41,902 bases of DNA from Xanthobacteraceae bacterium (GTDB lineage Bacteria; Pseudomonadota; Alphaproteobacteria; Rhizobiales; Xanthobacteraceae): the NCBI GenBank assembly GCA_035317145.1, contig DATHHM010000312.1:1-41902 (forward strand), written 5' to 3'. Positions 25,834-34,323 of the stretch are shown here, one piece after another. Numbering within the stretch: position 1 is the stretch's first letter; every line of letters begins with the position of its first letter. A model generated the notes under the pieces. It had not been told where the DNA came from and did not search any database. It saw nothing but the letters and a program-made list of their open reading frames with translations. Made by a program: the position numbers and the translations under genes.

Positions 25834-25897
25834 GCGCCCCCTCCACCACCCTGCTTCGCAGGGTGGTCCCCCTCCCCCGCTATCGCGGGGGCGGAAA
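25834..25897. repeat. GC-rich nested-hairpin element, copy 2 (inverted relative to copy 1)
   Basis: Its reverse complement aligns with copy 1 apart from a longer inner hairpin (ccaccctgc/gcagggtgg). Abuts the stop codon of the 25901..26803 gene. Confidence 0.65.
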
Positions 25898-25900
25898 AAG

Positions 25901-26803
25901 CTACAGCGCCCGCGTGGTGTCGTCGAACAACTCCTCGACCGAATAGCGCCGCGGAATGATCTTCATCTCCAGCGCGTAGCTCGACATCAGCTCGAGTGCG
26001 GGCTTCACCGCATCGAAGCCGAACGGCAGCGTATCGATGGCGCCGGGCTTGGGCAGGCCGGCGGCTTTCTTGCTGTCGTACAGCATGCGGAACACTTCGC
26101 GCACCGCGCCGGGATCGGATTTCACCACGTCGTTCTTCACCACCACCATGTGGTTGATCGGCACGGTGTTGTATTTCTTGTACCATTCCTTGGCGGCGGC
26201 GTCGGGATTGGCAATGACGCTTTTCAGCCGTGGATCGGGTGGCAGCACGGTGCCGAAGATCGCGGCGTCGAGCTCGCCGTCGAGTACCATCTTGGTCATA
26301 TCTTTGCCGTCGGCGGCGCGCTCGACGCCGGGCGGGTCCTTGAATTCGGGGATGTGGGCGTCCTCGAATGTCACCCATTTCACCTTGCTGTTGTCGAGTC
26401 CGTAGTCTTTCCACAAAATCCCGCGCAGCCAGCAACCGGTGGTCTGGGCGAACGAGCGCACCCCAATGCGGCGGCCTTCCAACGTGTCCGGTGTCACGGT
26501 GCCGCGCTCGGAATTGTAAAGCATGGTGCCGTGCTGAAAGCGGCCCACCATGGTGGCGGGCAACAGCGTGAGCGGCTTGCCGTAGGCCTTGCCTTGCAGA
26601 TAGCTGACGATCGCCATCTCGCAGATGTCGAACTTCTGTTCGCGCACCATCATGCCGAACGCCTTGTAGACCGGATTGATCTCGGTGAGATTGAGCTTCA
26701 CGCGGTCGGACTTGATCTGGCCCGCCTTCAGCGCCTGAGTCTGCGGATAGGTCCCGAAGCAGGCATTGATGGTGTCGATTTTTTCGGCTGTCATCGTACT
26801 CAT
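25901..26803 (-). CDS. Cytoplasmic PBP-type-2-fold protein, 4,5-dihydroxyphthalate-decarboxylase-like family
   Basis: 300 aa, no signal peptide. FDICEMAIVSY, GRRIGVRSFAQTTGCWLRGIL and DGELDAAIFG segments recall the PhtD/NMT1-like family (recognition from memory only). Confidence 0.5.
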   Translation of the reverse strand: MSTMTAEKIDTINACFGTYPQTQALKAGQIKSDRVKLNLTEINPVYKAFGMMVREQKFDICEMAIVSYLQGKAYGKPLTLLPATMVGRFQHGTMLYNSERGTVTPDTLEGRRIGVRSFAQTTGCWLRGILWKDYGLDNSKVKWVTFEDAHIPEFKDPPGVERAADGKDMTKMVLDGELDAAIFGTVLPPDPRLKSVIANPDAAAKEWYKKYNTVPINHMVVVKNDVVKSDPGAVREVFRMLYDSKKAAGLPKPGAIDTLPFGFDAVKPALELMSSYALEMKIIPRRYSVEELFDDTTRAL

Positions 26804-26884
26804 ATGGGCTTACCTCCCGAGGTGGCTTGATCTTATGGTGCGGCCGGGCGTTAAACCAGTCTCCGCCACGCAGGGGAAGCATGC

Positions 26885-27943
26885 ATGACCACGAACGATA
26901 CGCGCATTGCGGCCGACCGGCTCGCGGCCTTCATCGTCCGCGCTTTGACCGCGGCGGGCCTGCCGGCGACGGACGCGGAAACCGTCGCCGGACTCATGGT
27001 TGAGGCTGATTTGCGCGGCAGCGACACCCACGGCGTGATCCGGCTGCCGCTTTATGTGCGCCGTATCCGGGCCGGCGGCGTCAATGCCAAGCCCGATATC
27101 CGTGTCGTCAGCGACCGGCCCTCGGCGGCGCTGATTGCTGGCGACAATGCCATGGGCCACCTGGTGATGCGCCGCGCCACGCATCTCGCCATCGAAAAGG
27201 CCAAGGCGACCGGCATCGGCTGGGTCGGCGCGCGCATGAGCAATCACGCCGGCCCGGCGGCGCTCTACGTCACCTTGCCGCTGCATCACGACATGATCGG
27301 GCTCTATTTCGCCGTCGGCAGCAACAACCACTTGCCGCCGTGGGGCGGCAGCGAAAGCCTGCTCGGCACCAATCCGATGGCGGTCGCGGTGCCGGCGCAG
27401 GACGAGGCCGCGATCGTGCTCGACATGGCCCCGACCGTCGCCGCCTACGGCAAGGTGCGGCTCAAGGCGCAGCGCGGCGAACAGATGCCGGTCGGCTGGA
27501 TGATCGACAAGGAAGGCAAGCCGCTGACCGACCCGAAACGCGCCGACGAGGGCCATTTGCTGCCGATCGGCGACTACAAGGGTTACGGGCTGAGCCTGAT
27601 CATCGGCATCCTCGCCGGCGCGCTCAATCGCGCTGCGCTGGGCCGCGACGTGATCGACTTCGTCAAGGAGACCGGCAAGGCGACCAATACCGGGCAGGCG
27701 GTCGCGGCGATTGCGATCGACGCTTTCATGCCGGCGGCGGAATTCAAGCGCAGCGTCGACCAGGTGATCCGCGATATCCGCGGCTCGAAGCGACTGCCGG
27801 GCGTCGAGCGAATTTTTCTGCCGGGCGAGCAGAGCCACGCCAAACTACTGGAGCGCCGCGCCCACGGCGTGCCGATGCCAAAAGCGCTGCGCGACAGTCT
27901 CGATGGGCTGGCGCGCGATCTCAACATCGCGCCTCTGGAATAG
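26885..27943 (+). CDS. Ldh_2 family (malate/L-lactate/ureidoglycolate-type) NAD(P)H oxidoreductase
   Basis: DTHGVIRLPLYVRRIRAGGVN, MSNHAGPAA and GYKGYGLSL motifs. Confidence 0.85.
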   Translation: MTTNDTRIAADRLAAFIVRALTAAGLPATDAETVAGLMVEADLRGSDTHGVIRLPLYVRRIRAGGVNAKPDIRVVSDRPSAALIAGDNAMGHLVMRRATHLAIEKAKATGIGWVGARMSNHAGPAALYVTLPLHHDMIGLYFAVGSNNHLPPWGGSESLLGTNPMAVAVPAQDEAAIVLDMAPTVAAYGKVRLKAQRGEQMPVGWMIDKEGKPLTDPKRADEGHLLPIGDYKGYGLSLIIGILAGALNRAALGRDVIDFVKETGKATNTGQAVAAIAIDAFMPAAEFKRSVDQVIRDIRGSKRLPGVERIFLPGEQSHAKLLERRAHGVPMPKALRDSLDGLARDLNIAPLE

Positions 27944-27946
27944 ATC

Positions 27947-28813
27947 ATGGCGTCGCGCACCCCCGTCGGCGTCATCGGCGTCGGTCTCATGGGCGAGGTC
28001 TATGCCCGCCGCCTCATCGCGGCGGGATTTACGGTGATCGGCTTCGATGTCGATTCGGCGAAGACTGAACGCCTGGCGCAATTCGGCGCGCAGACCGGTA
28101 CACTTGCCGATATCGCGCAAAAATGCGAACCGATCGTGGTCGCGGTGTTCAACACCGATCAGGTCGAGGGCGTGGTCGAGCACGCGCTCATCCCAGCCGC
28201 CGCCGGCAAGATCGTGCTCGTCACCTCAACCTGCGATCCCGACCGCATCGCGGCGCTCGGCGCGCGCGTCGGCGACAAATTGCGTTTTCTCGAGACGCCG
28301 GTGTCAGGCACGAGCGAGCAGGTCCGCCAAGGCGACGGCGTCGGCTTGATCGGCGGCGACAAAAAAATCGCGGCCGACGCCGCGCCGGTGCTCGACGCGC
28401 TGTTCGCCAAAAGCTTCCACATCGGCAAGGTCGGCGACGGCGGCCGCGCCAAGCTCGCGGTCAATCTCATCCTCGGCCTCAATCGCCTGGCACTCGCCGA
28501 AGGTTTGGTCTTTGCCGCCCGCCTCGGGCTCGATCCGGCGGCGTTCCTCGACGTCGCCCGCCGCTCGGCCGCGGCCTCGCAAGTCATGGACACCAAGGGA
28601 CCGAAAATGATCGGCGGCGATTTCGCGCCGGAAGGCCGCGTGCGGCAGACGCTCAAGGACACCCAGCTCATGCTCGACCAGGCGCGCAAGGCCGGCCAGC
28701 AATTGCCGCTCCTGGAAATTCACGCCGACGTGCTGCAGGCCTGCGTCCGTCACGGCGACAGCGAGCAGGACAACAGCATCGTCATCGAGGAAATTCGCCG
28801 CCGCGTATTGTGA
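27947..28813 (+). CDS. NAD(P)-dependent 3-hydroxyisobutyrate/6-phosphogluconate dehydrogenase-family oxidoreductase
   Basis: VGVIGVGLMGEVYA Rossmann motif; PVSG and KLAVNL motifs. Confidence 0.85.
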   Translation: MASRTPVGVIGVGLMGEVYARRLIAAGFTVIGFDVDSAKTERLAQFGAQTGTLADIAQKCEPIVVAVFNTDQVEGVVEHALIPAAAGKIVLVTSTCDPDRIAALGARVGDKLRFLETPVSGTSEQVRQGDGVGLIGGDKKIAADAAPVLDALFAKSFHIGKVGDGGRAKLAVNLILGLNRLALAEGLVFAARLGLDPAAFLDVARRSAAASQVMDTKGPKMIGGDFAPEGRVRQTLKDTQLMLDQARKAGQQLPLLEIHADVLQACVRHGDSEQDNSIVIEEIRRRVL

Positions 28814-28872
28814 TCGCGGGTTTGTCCTGAAAGCATCAAGACGAATTCTAAATTGAAAGCCCAACGCAGACG

Positions 28873-30504
28873 ATGAGCAACACCTTACGCGGCGCCGACG
28901 TCGTCGCTCGTTCGCTTCGCCGCCTCGGCTGCGAGCGCGTCTTCACGCTGTCCGGCAACCACATCATGTCGATCTTCGACGCCGCGCTCGATGCCGGCAT
29001 CGACCTTGTTCACGTGCGCCACGAAGCCGCCGCCGTGCACATGGCCGACGCCCATGGCCGCCTGACCGGCGAAGCCGGCGTCGCGTTGGTCACCGGCGGA
29101 CCGGGTCATGCCAACGCGGTCGGGGCTTTGTACACCGCGCTGGCCGCGGAATCGCCGATGGTTCTGCTGTCGGGCCACGCCGCGACCTGGGAGATCGGGC
29201 GCGGCGGATTTCAGGAATTGCGCCAGGCCGAGATGGCCAAGCCGGTGACCAAGGCATCCTGGACGGCCGGCAGCGTCGAATCCCTCGGCCGGGATATCGG
29301 CGAGGCGATCCGTATCGCGTGCTCCGGACGGCGCGGCCCCGTGCATTTGAGCTTGCCGTCGGATTTACTCGACGCGCGGTTGGACGAGAGTGCGGTGACG
29401 TGGCCGGCCGACGAGCCTGCAACGCGCGAGGCGCTTGGCGATGTGGACTGCGCCAGGATTCTTTCCGCCCTCGCCGCCGCAAAACGTCCGATCATCTTTG
29501 CCGGACCGCAAATGTCGAGCACGAGCGGACGCGATCTGTTGGCAAAGCTCGAAGCTGCGACCGGCACTCCGGCAATAATTTTGGAGAGCCCGCGCGGCCT
29601 AGCGGACGCGACGCTCGGCGCTCTGACCGACCTGGGCAAGCGCGCCGATCTTGTGGTGTTGCTCGGCAAAGCGCTGGATTTTTCGCTCAAATGGGCGGCC
29701 GCTCCGAGTTTTGCTGCCGACGTCCAAGTCATCGCCATCGATCCGGACGCGGCGCTGACAGATCGGGCGAAGCGCGAGAAAGGCGATGCCCTGCTCTTCA
29801 CCGGTGTCGCGGATCCGGCCTTGGCAGCGGAGAAGCTTGCCGCCGGTGCCAAGCAGCCGGGCGATACCGCTTGGCTCGCCGAAGCCCGCCGTGCTCGCGA
29901 AGCGAGGCCGGCCTCGTGGCAAGACGTCGTGTCGCAGACGCCCGGCCGGCTGCATCCCGCGGAAGTCTTTCGGACCCTACGTCCTTTCGTCGAGCGCGAT
30001 CCCGACACCGTCCTGATCTGCGACGGCGGGGAATTCGCGCAGTGGGGCCAGAGCATGCTCCCGGTCCGGCGCCGTCTCGTCAACGGCGTCGCCGGCGCGA
30101 TCGGCAGCTCGCTCTCCTTCGCGCTCGCAGCGCGCATGGTCGAGAATCATGCGCCGGTGTTCGCGGTGCTCGGCGACGGCACGATCGGCTTTCACATTGC
30201 CGAATTTGAAACGGCGGTGCGACGCGCCTTGCCGTTCGTCGCGATCCTCGGCAACGACGCGCGCTGGAACGCGGAAAGCGAAATCCAACGCCGCGACTAC
30301 GGCGCCAACAGGATGCACGGCTGCGAATTGTTGCCGATCCGATACGATCAGGTCGTGCAGGCACTCGGCGGGCATGGCGAATGCGTGGAGCGAGCCGCCG
30401 ACCTGTCCGCCGCGATCGAGCGCGCTCTGTCGAGCGGCAAGCCGGCATGTGTGAACGTGATGATCGAGAGCACCGCCGCTCCCGCGCTGCGTATGCCGCT
30501 TTGA
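28873..30504 (+). CDS. Thiamine-diphosphate-dependent enzyme (acetolactate synthase / oxalyl-CoA / benzoylformate decarboxylase superfamily)
   Basis: 543 aa. N-terminal PYR domain (TGGPGHANAVGAL). ThDP motif GDGTIGFHIAEFETAVR..ILGND. Confidence 0.85.
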   Translation: MSNTLRGADVVARSLRRLGCERVFTLSGNHIMSIFDAALDAGIDLVHVRHEAAAVHMADAHGRLTGEAGVALVTGGPGHANAVGALYTALAAESPMVLLSGHAATWEIGRGGFQELRQAEMAKPVTKASWTAGSVESLGRDIGEAIRIACSGRRGPVHLSLPSDLLDARLDESAVTWPADEPATREALGDVDCARILSALAAAKRPIIFAGPQMSSTSGRDLLAKLEAATGTPAIILESPRGLADATLGALTDLGKRADLVVLLGKALDFSLKWAAAPSFAADVQVIAIDPDAALTDRAKREKGDALLFTGVADPALAAEKLAAGAKQPGDTAWLAEARRAREARPASWQDVVSQTPGRLHPAEVFRTLRPFVERDPDTVLICDGGEFAQWGQSMLPVRRRLVNGVAGAIGSSLSFALAARMVENHAPVFAVLGDGTIGFHIAEFETAVRRALPFVAILGNDARWNAESEIQRRDYGANRMHGCELLPIRYDQVVQALGGHGECVERAADLSAAIERALSSGKPACVNVMIESTAAPALRMPL

Positions 30505-30526
30505 TCGATACGAAGTGTCGATCGAT

Positions 30527-30542
30527 GTGGTGGGCGCACAGG
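30527..30542. repeat. Copy of the tRNA-Lys 3' end (att-like direct repeat)
   Basis: gtggtgggcgcaca (30527-30540) is identical to 35662-35675, which covers the CCA, acceptor and T-stem 3' strand of the tRNA-Lys gene. Same orientation. Confidence 0.5.
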
Positions 30543-30634
30543 TGATGAACTCCGTCCGGGCCATTATCTTGCGTCGGCAGTCTGGTTCAAGATACTCATA
30601 GCAATGCTTGGCTCGTGAACTTGGCGCCGCCATA

Positions 30635-30670
30635 CTTGGCGACCACGAAGATCTTGGCGACCACGAAGAT
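30635..30670. repeat. Perfect tandem duplication of an 18-bp unit
   Basis: cttggcgaccacgaagat occurs twice (30635-30652 and 30653-30670), immediately upstream of the SBP start. Confidence 0.85.
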
Positions 30671-30686
30671 TATGGGAGGGTTTTCG

Positions 30687-31655
30687 GTGACGAAAAGTTT
30701 GATGACATTGGCGTTTGTCGCGACCCTGACGGTCATTTCATCTTCCTCCCGCGCCTATCAGCTCGCGATCAGCCAATACGGACGCGTGACCGCGACCTTG
30801 CCCTGGGCGGTTGCCATGGAAAAGGGATATTTCGACGAAGCCGGCGTCAAGATCGACGAAATGATCGCGGGCGCCGGCGGCGGAACCACATTGCGCAATG
30901 TTCTTGCCAGCGATCTTCCTTACGGCGAAGTAGCGACCTCCGCTGCGATCGCGGCGCGACGGGCCGGACTGGATATCGTCATCGTCAATACGTCCAGCAG
31001 TCATATCGGCGAAATTTCCCTGGTCGCCGATCCGAAGTCCGACATCCATAAAGTCTCCGACCTGGTCGGCAAGAAGGCCGGCTATACCGCGCCCAAGTCG
31101 ACCAGCGATGTGTTGCTGCATCTGGCGCTGAAAGCAACGCAGATGACGGACAAAGTCGAAGCCGTGGCGACAGGTGGCTTTGGTCCGGGCCTCACCGCGC
31201 TGAAGACGGGCGCCATTCAGGCCGCGCCGCTGATCGATCCGATCCTGACGCTCGAGCCGGAGAAATTTCGCGTCATCCTGCCGTTTGCCGATCTCATCCC
31301 GAGGATGACGTGGCTTGTGGGCGTCACCACCCGGGAGTTTGCCGCGAAGAATCCGGAGTTGCTGCGGAAGCTGATCGCCATTCATCGTCGCGGGGCGGAT
31401 TACATCTATCAGAACCGGGACGATGCCATGCGAATATACGCCAAAGTCTGGCAGCAGGACCCCAAGCAGGTCGCGACCTATTTTCCCAAATATTTCGGCT
31501 ATGAAGGCGAGTGGACCCGCGGCGAGTTCGAGAAATTGGGGCTCGATAAAATGTCGGAAGGCTTGCAGCTTGTCGGCGAAGCCGAACAACCCGTCGACTG
31601 GAATGCAATGATCGACCAGGAATTCCTGCCGAAGGATCTGCAAAAGCCGCTGTGA
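30687..31655 (+). CDS. ABC transporter substrate-binding protein, NMT1 (NitT/TauT) type
   Basis: GTG 30687 after GGGAGGG (alternative ATG 30672). Signal TKSLMTLAFVATLTVISSSSRAYQ. Confidence 0.8.
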   Translation: MTKSLMTLAFVATLTVISSSSRAYQLAISQYGRVTATLPWAVAMEKGYFDEAGVKIDEMIAGAGGGTTLRNVLASDLPYGEVATSAAIAARRAGLDIVIVNTSSSHIGEISLVADPKSDIHKVSDLVGKKAGYTAPKSTSDVLLHLALKATQMTDKVEAVATGGFGPGLTALKTGAIQAAPLIDPILTLEPEKFRVILPFADLIPRMTWLVGVTTREFAAKNPELLRKLIAIHRRGADYIYQNRDDAMRIYAKVWQQDPKQVATYFPKYFGYEGEWTRGEFEKLGLDKMSEGLQLVGEAEQPVDWNAMIDQEFLPKDLQKPL

Positions 31656-32416
31656 ATTTGCGCCTCACCAAAGTCGGATTGGCACGGACCGCCGTGATTG
31701 TCGCGGCATTCGCCGCACTCGAAATTCTATGCCGGACGGCGGTCATACCGCGTGCGACGATGATCCCGCCGACCGAAATCGCCGTCGCGCTGTGGCAAAT
31801 CCGCCTCAGCGGCAAGGCCAATAGCGACATCGCCTTCACCATCGTCAACACATTGGCGGCGATTGCGCCGTCGGTTGTGCTCGGCTTCTGGCTTGGCGCC
31901 GCGCTGCACGCGCTGCCGCGGGCGCGGCGGGTCTTCGAACCGTTATTGTCGGCGTATTACGCCGTCCCGGTATTCATCTTCTACCCGGTGTTGATCGTTG
32001 CCTTCGGCGTCGGCCGGTCCGCCCTGATCGCCATGGGCGCGATGTTCGGCATCGTTGCGATGATCGTGAACACCATGATCGGGCTCGACCGGGTGCCGCG
32101 GGTCATCGCCAAGACCGCGACTGTCATGAGGCTGAACCCGATCCGCCGGCTCTTGCTGCTGCGATTGCCGGCGGCGGCGCCGCATCTGGTGACCGGCATC
32201 AAGCTTGCCGTCGCGTATTCGGTGATCGGTATCGTCGCCGGCGAATTCATCCTGGCGACGGCGGGAATCGGCAAACGGATCGCCTTCGGCTATCAGGATT
32301 TCGATAACCGCACGATGTACGGCATGCTGCTGCTGCTCTTGATCCTTGTCATGGCCGTCAACGGCGCGCTGTCGCACTGGGAGAAGCGGCTTCACCATCG
32401 CTTCGGACAGCAATGA
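31652..32416 (+). CDS. ABC transporter permease (NitT/TauT family)
   Basis: GTGA overlap with the SBP gene. Polytopic 254-aa protein. Confidence 0.85.
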   Translation: MNLRLTKVGLARTAVIVAAFAALEILCRTAVIPRATMIPPTEIAVALWQIRLSGKANSDIAFTIVNTLAAIAPSVVLGFWLGAALHALPRARRVFEPLLSAYYAVPVFIFYPVLIVAFGVGRSALIAMGAMFGIVAMIVNTMIGLDRVPRVIAKTATVMRLNPIRRLLLLRLPAAAPHLVTGIKLAVAYSVIGIVAGEFILATAGIGKRIAFGYQDFDNRTMYGMLLLLLILVMAVNGALSHWEKRLHHRFGQQ

Positions 32417-33150
32417 AGCCGCAAAACTACGACGGACTGCTGCTGGCCGCAGGCTTTCTCGCCTGTTGGGAAATTCTCTATTTGCTGGTCGGCGCGGACG
32501 TCGTGTCCGCTCCGGCCGACACGCTCTTGCGCGCCGTTTCGCTGCTCAAGGGGCGAAATTTCTGGCACGACGCGGCAAGCACCGGTATCGCGTTCGGCTA
32601 TGCGTGCCTCATCGGCATTGCCGGAGGCATGCTGCTCGGTCTCGCGCTTGGCCTCAACCGCTTCGCCGGCGATGTGGCCGATCCGATCCTCGGCACCGTG
32701 TATTCGATCCCCAAGATCACGCTTTATCCGATCATTCTGTTGATCTTCGGTCTAAGCCTCACGGCGAAAATCGCCTTCGGCGTGATCCATGGCATATTCC
32801 CGGTGGCCATCTTCACCATGAACGCGGTGCGCAACGTCGCGCCGGTGCATCGCCGGACCGCGAAAGTATTGCGGCTTTCGCCGTTGGCAACGATCGTCAC
32901 AGTTTTGGCCCCCGCGGCGATACCTGAGATTCTCTCCGGCATCCGCATCGGTATCGCCGTGACGCTGCTCGGCATATTGATTGCGGAACTGTTCGCTTCG
33001 TCATCGGGCATCGGCTTTGCGCTGATCCGAGCCACCGAGATTCATAATGTCGTCGATATTTTCGCGTTGACCCTGCTGCTGTTCCTGTTTGCCGTTGCGA
33101 TCAACACGCTTCTGCACGTCACCGAGCGGCGGGTTCGGCACGATGCATAA
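32413..33150 (+). CDS. ABC transporter permease (NitT/TauT family), second subunit
   Basis: ATGA overlap with the previous permease. Polytopic 245-aa protein. Confidence 0.85.
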   Translation: MKPQNYDGLLLAAGFLACWEILYLLVGADVVSAPADTLLRAVSLLKGRNFWHDAASTGIAFGYACLIGIAGGMLLGLALGLNRFAGDVADPILGTVYSIPKITLYPIILLIFGLSLTAKIAFGVIHGIFPVAIFTMNAVRNVAPVHRRTAKVLRLSPLATIVTVLAPAAIPEILSGIRIGIAVTLLGILIAELFASSSGIGFALIRATEIHNVVDIFALTLLLFLFAVAINTLLHVTERRVRHDA

Positions 33151-33168
33151 GCCAGCCGGCCGATAGCG

Positions 33169-34323
33169 ATGAAAACGAGCCAAGACCGGATTTTGACGAC
33201 CCATGTCGGCAGCCTGCCGCGAAGCGACGCGGTGCTGCATCTGCTCGAAGAGCGTGAGAACCGCCGGGCATTCGACGCCGTGGCGTTCGATCGTGGCATT
33301 CGGCAGGCCGTGCTCGACATCGTCAAGCGGCAGATCGATGCCGGCATCGATATCGTCAGCGACGGCGAAACCAGCAAAATCAGCTATGCCACCTACGTGC
33401 ACGATCGCCTGACCGGCTTTTCGGATGAAGGCAGCACGGAAGGAGCGAAACCGCACACCGATCTGGCGCCGTTTCCCGATCTCCGCCGCAAGATGGCGCA
33501 GCTTTCGGGGGCGCGGCGTTTCAAGCGCGTCGCCTGCGTCGGTCCTATCGCCGTCGGCAATCGCGAGGCGCTGGCGCACGACTTGGCCAATATGCGCGCC
33601 GCCGTCGATGCCACGCGGCCGGCCGAGGCATTTTTGACCGCGGCCTCTCCCGGCGTGGTCGCGAGCTTTCTACCGAACACTTATTATCGCAGCCACGACG
33701 ACTATGTCGCGGCCATCGCCGAGGCGATGCGGGAAGAGTACGCCGCCATCGCCGCGGCGGGCTTCGTGCTGCAAATCGATTGCCCCGATCTGGCAATGTC
33801 GCGGCATACGGCCTTTCAGGACCTTTCGGAACCGGAGTTCCTGAAGCGCGCCGCCTTCCATGCCGAAGCGCTCAACCATGCGCTCGGCAATATTCCTCCC
33901 GGCATGGTCCGCATCCATGTCTGTTGGGGCAACTACGAAGGCCCGCACACCCACGACATCGCGCTCGCCAAGATCATCAAGATCGTTCTTGGCGTAAAAG
34001 CGCAAGCGATCGCGCTCGAAGCCGCAAACCCGCGTCATGCCCACGAGTGGACCATTTGGCAGGAATTCAGGCTTCCCGACGACAAGCTCCTGCTGCCCGG
34101 TGTGATCGATACGTCGACCAATTATGTCGAGCATCCTTCGCTCGTCGCCGAGCGCATCGTGCGCTTTGCGCAGATCGTCGGACGCGAGCGCGTGATCGCG
34201 AATACCGACTGTGGCTTCGGCACCGCGGCGGGTTACGGCAAGCTCGACCCGGAAATCGTCTTCTTGAAACTTGGCGCACTCGTTGCCGGCGCCGCACAAG
34301 CCAGCAAGCAATTATGGGCCTAG
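33169..34323 (+). CDS. Cobalamin-independent methionine synthase II (MetE C-terminal-like) family protein
   Basis: RILTTHVGSLPR N-terminus. Zn-ligand pattern HVCWGN ... E ... TDCGFG. Confidence 0.8.
   Translation: MKTSQDRILTTHVGSLPRSDAVLHLLEERENRRAFDAVAFDRGIRQAVLDIVKRQIDAGIDIVSDGETSKISYATYVHDRLTGFSDEGSTEGAKPHTDLAPFPDLRRKMAQLSGARRFKRVACVGPIAVGNREALAHDLANMRAAVDATRPAEAFLTAASPGVVASFLPNTYYRSHDDYVAAIAEAMREEYAAIAAAGFVLQIDCPDLAMSRHTAFQDLSEPEFLKRAAFHAEALNHALGNIPPGMVRIHVCWGNYEGPHTHDIALAKIIKIVLGVKAQAIALEAANPRHAHEWTIWQEFRLPDDKLLLPGVIDTSTNYVEHPSLVAERIVRFAQIVGRERVIANTDCGFGTAAGYGKLDPEIVFLKLGALVAGAAQASKQLWA

Noticed and set aside
25815-27838. ORFs 25815..26882 (355 aa, minus) and 26810..27838 (342 aa, minus)
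   Set aside because: These are Arg-rich alternative or antisense frames of the PBP-fold gene and the Ldh_2 gene, with no motifs.
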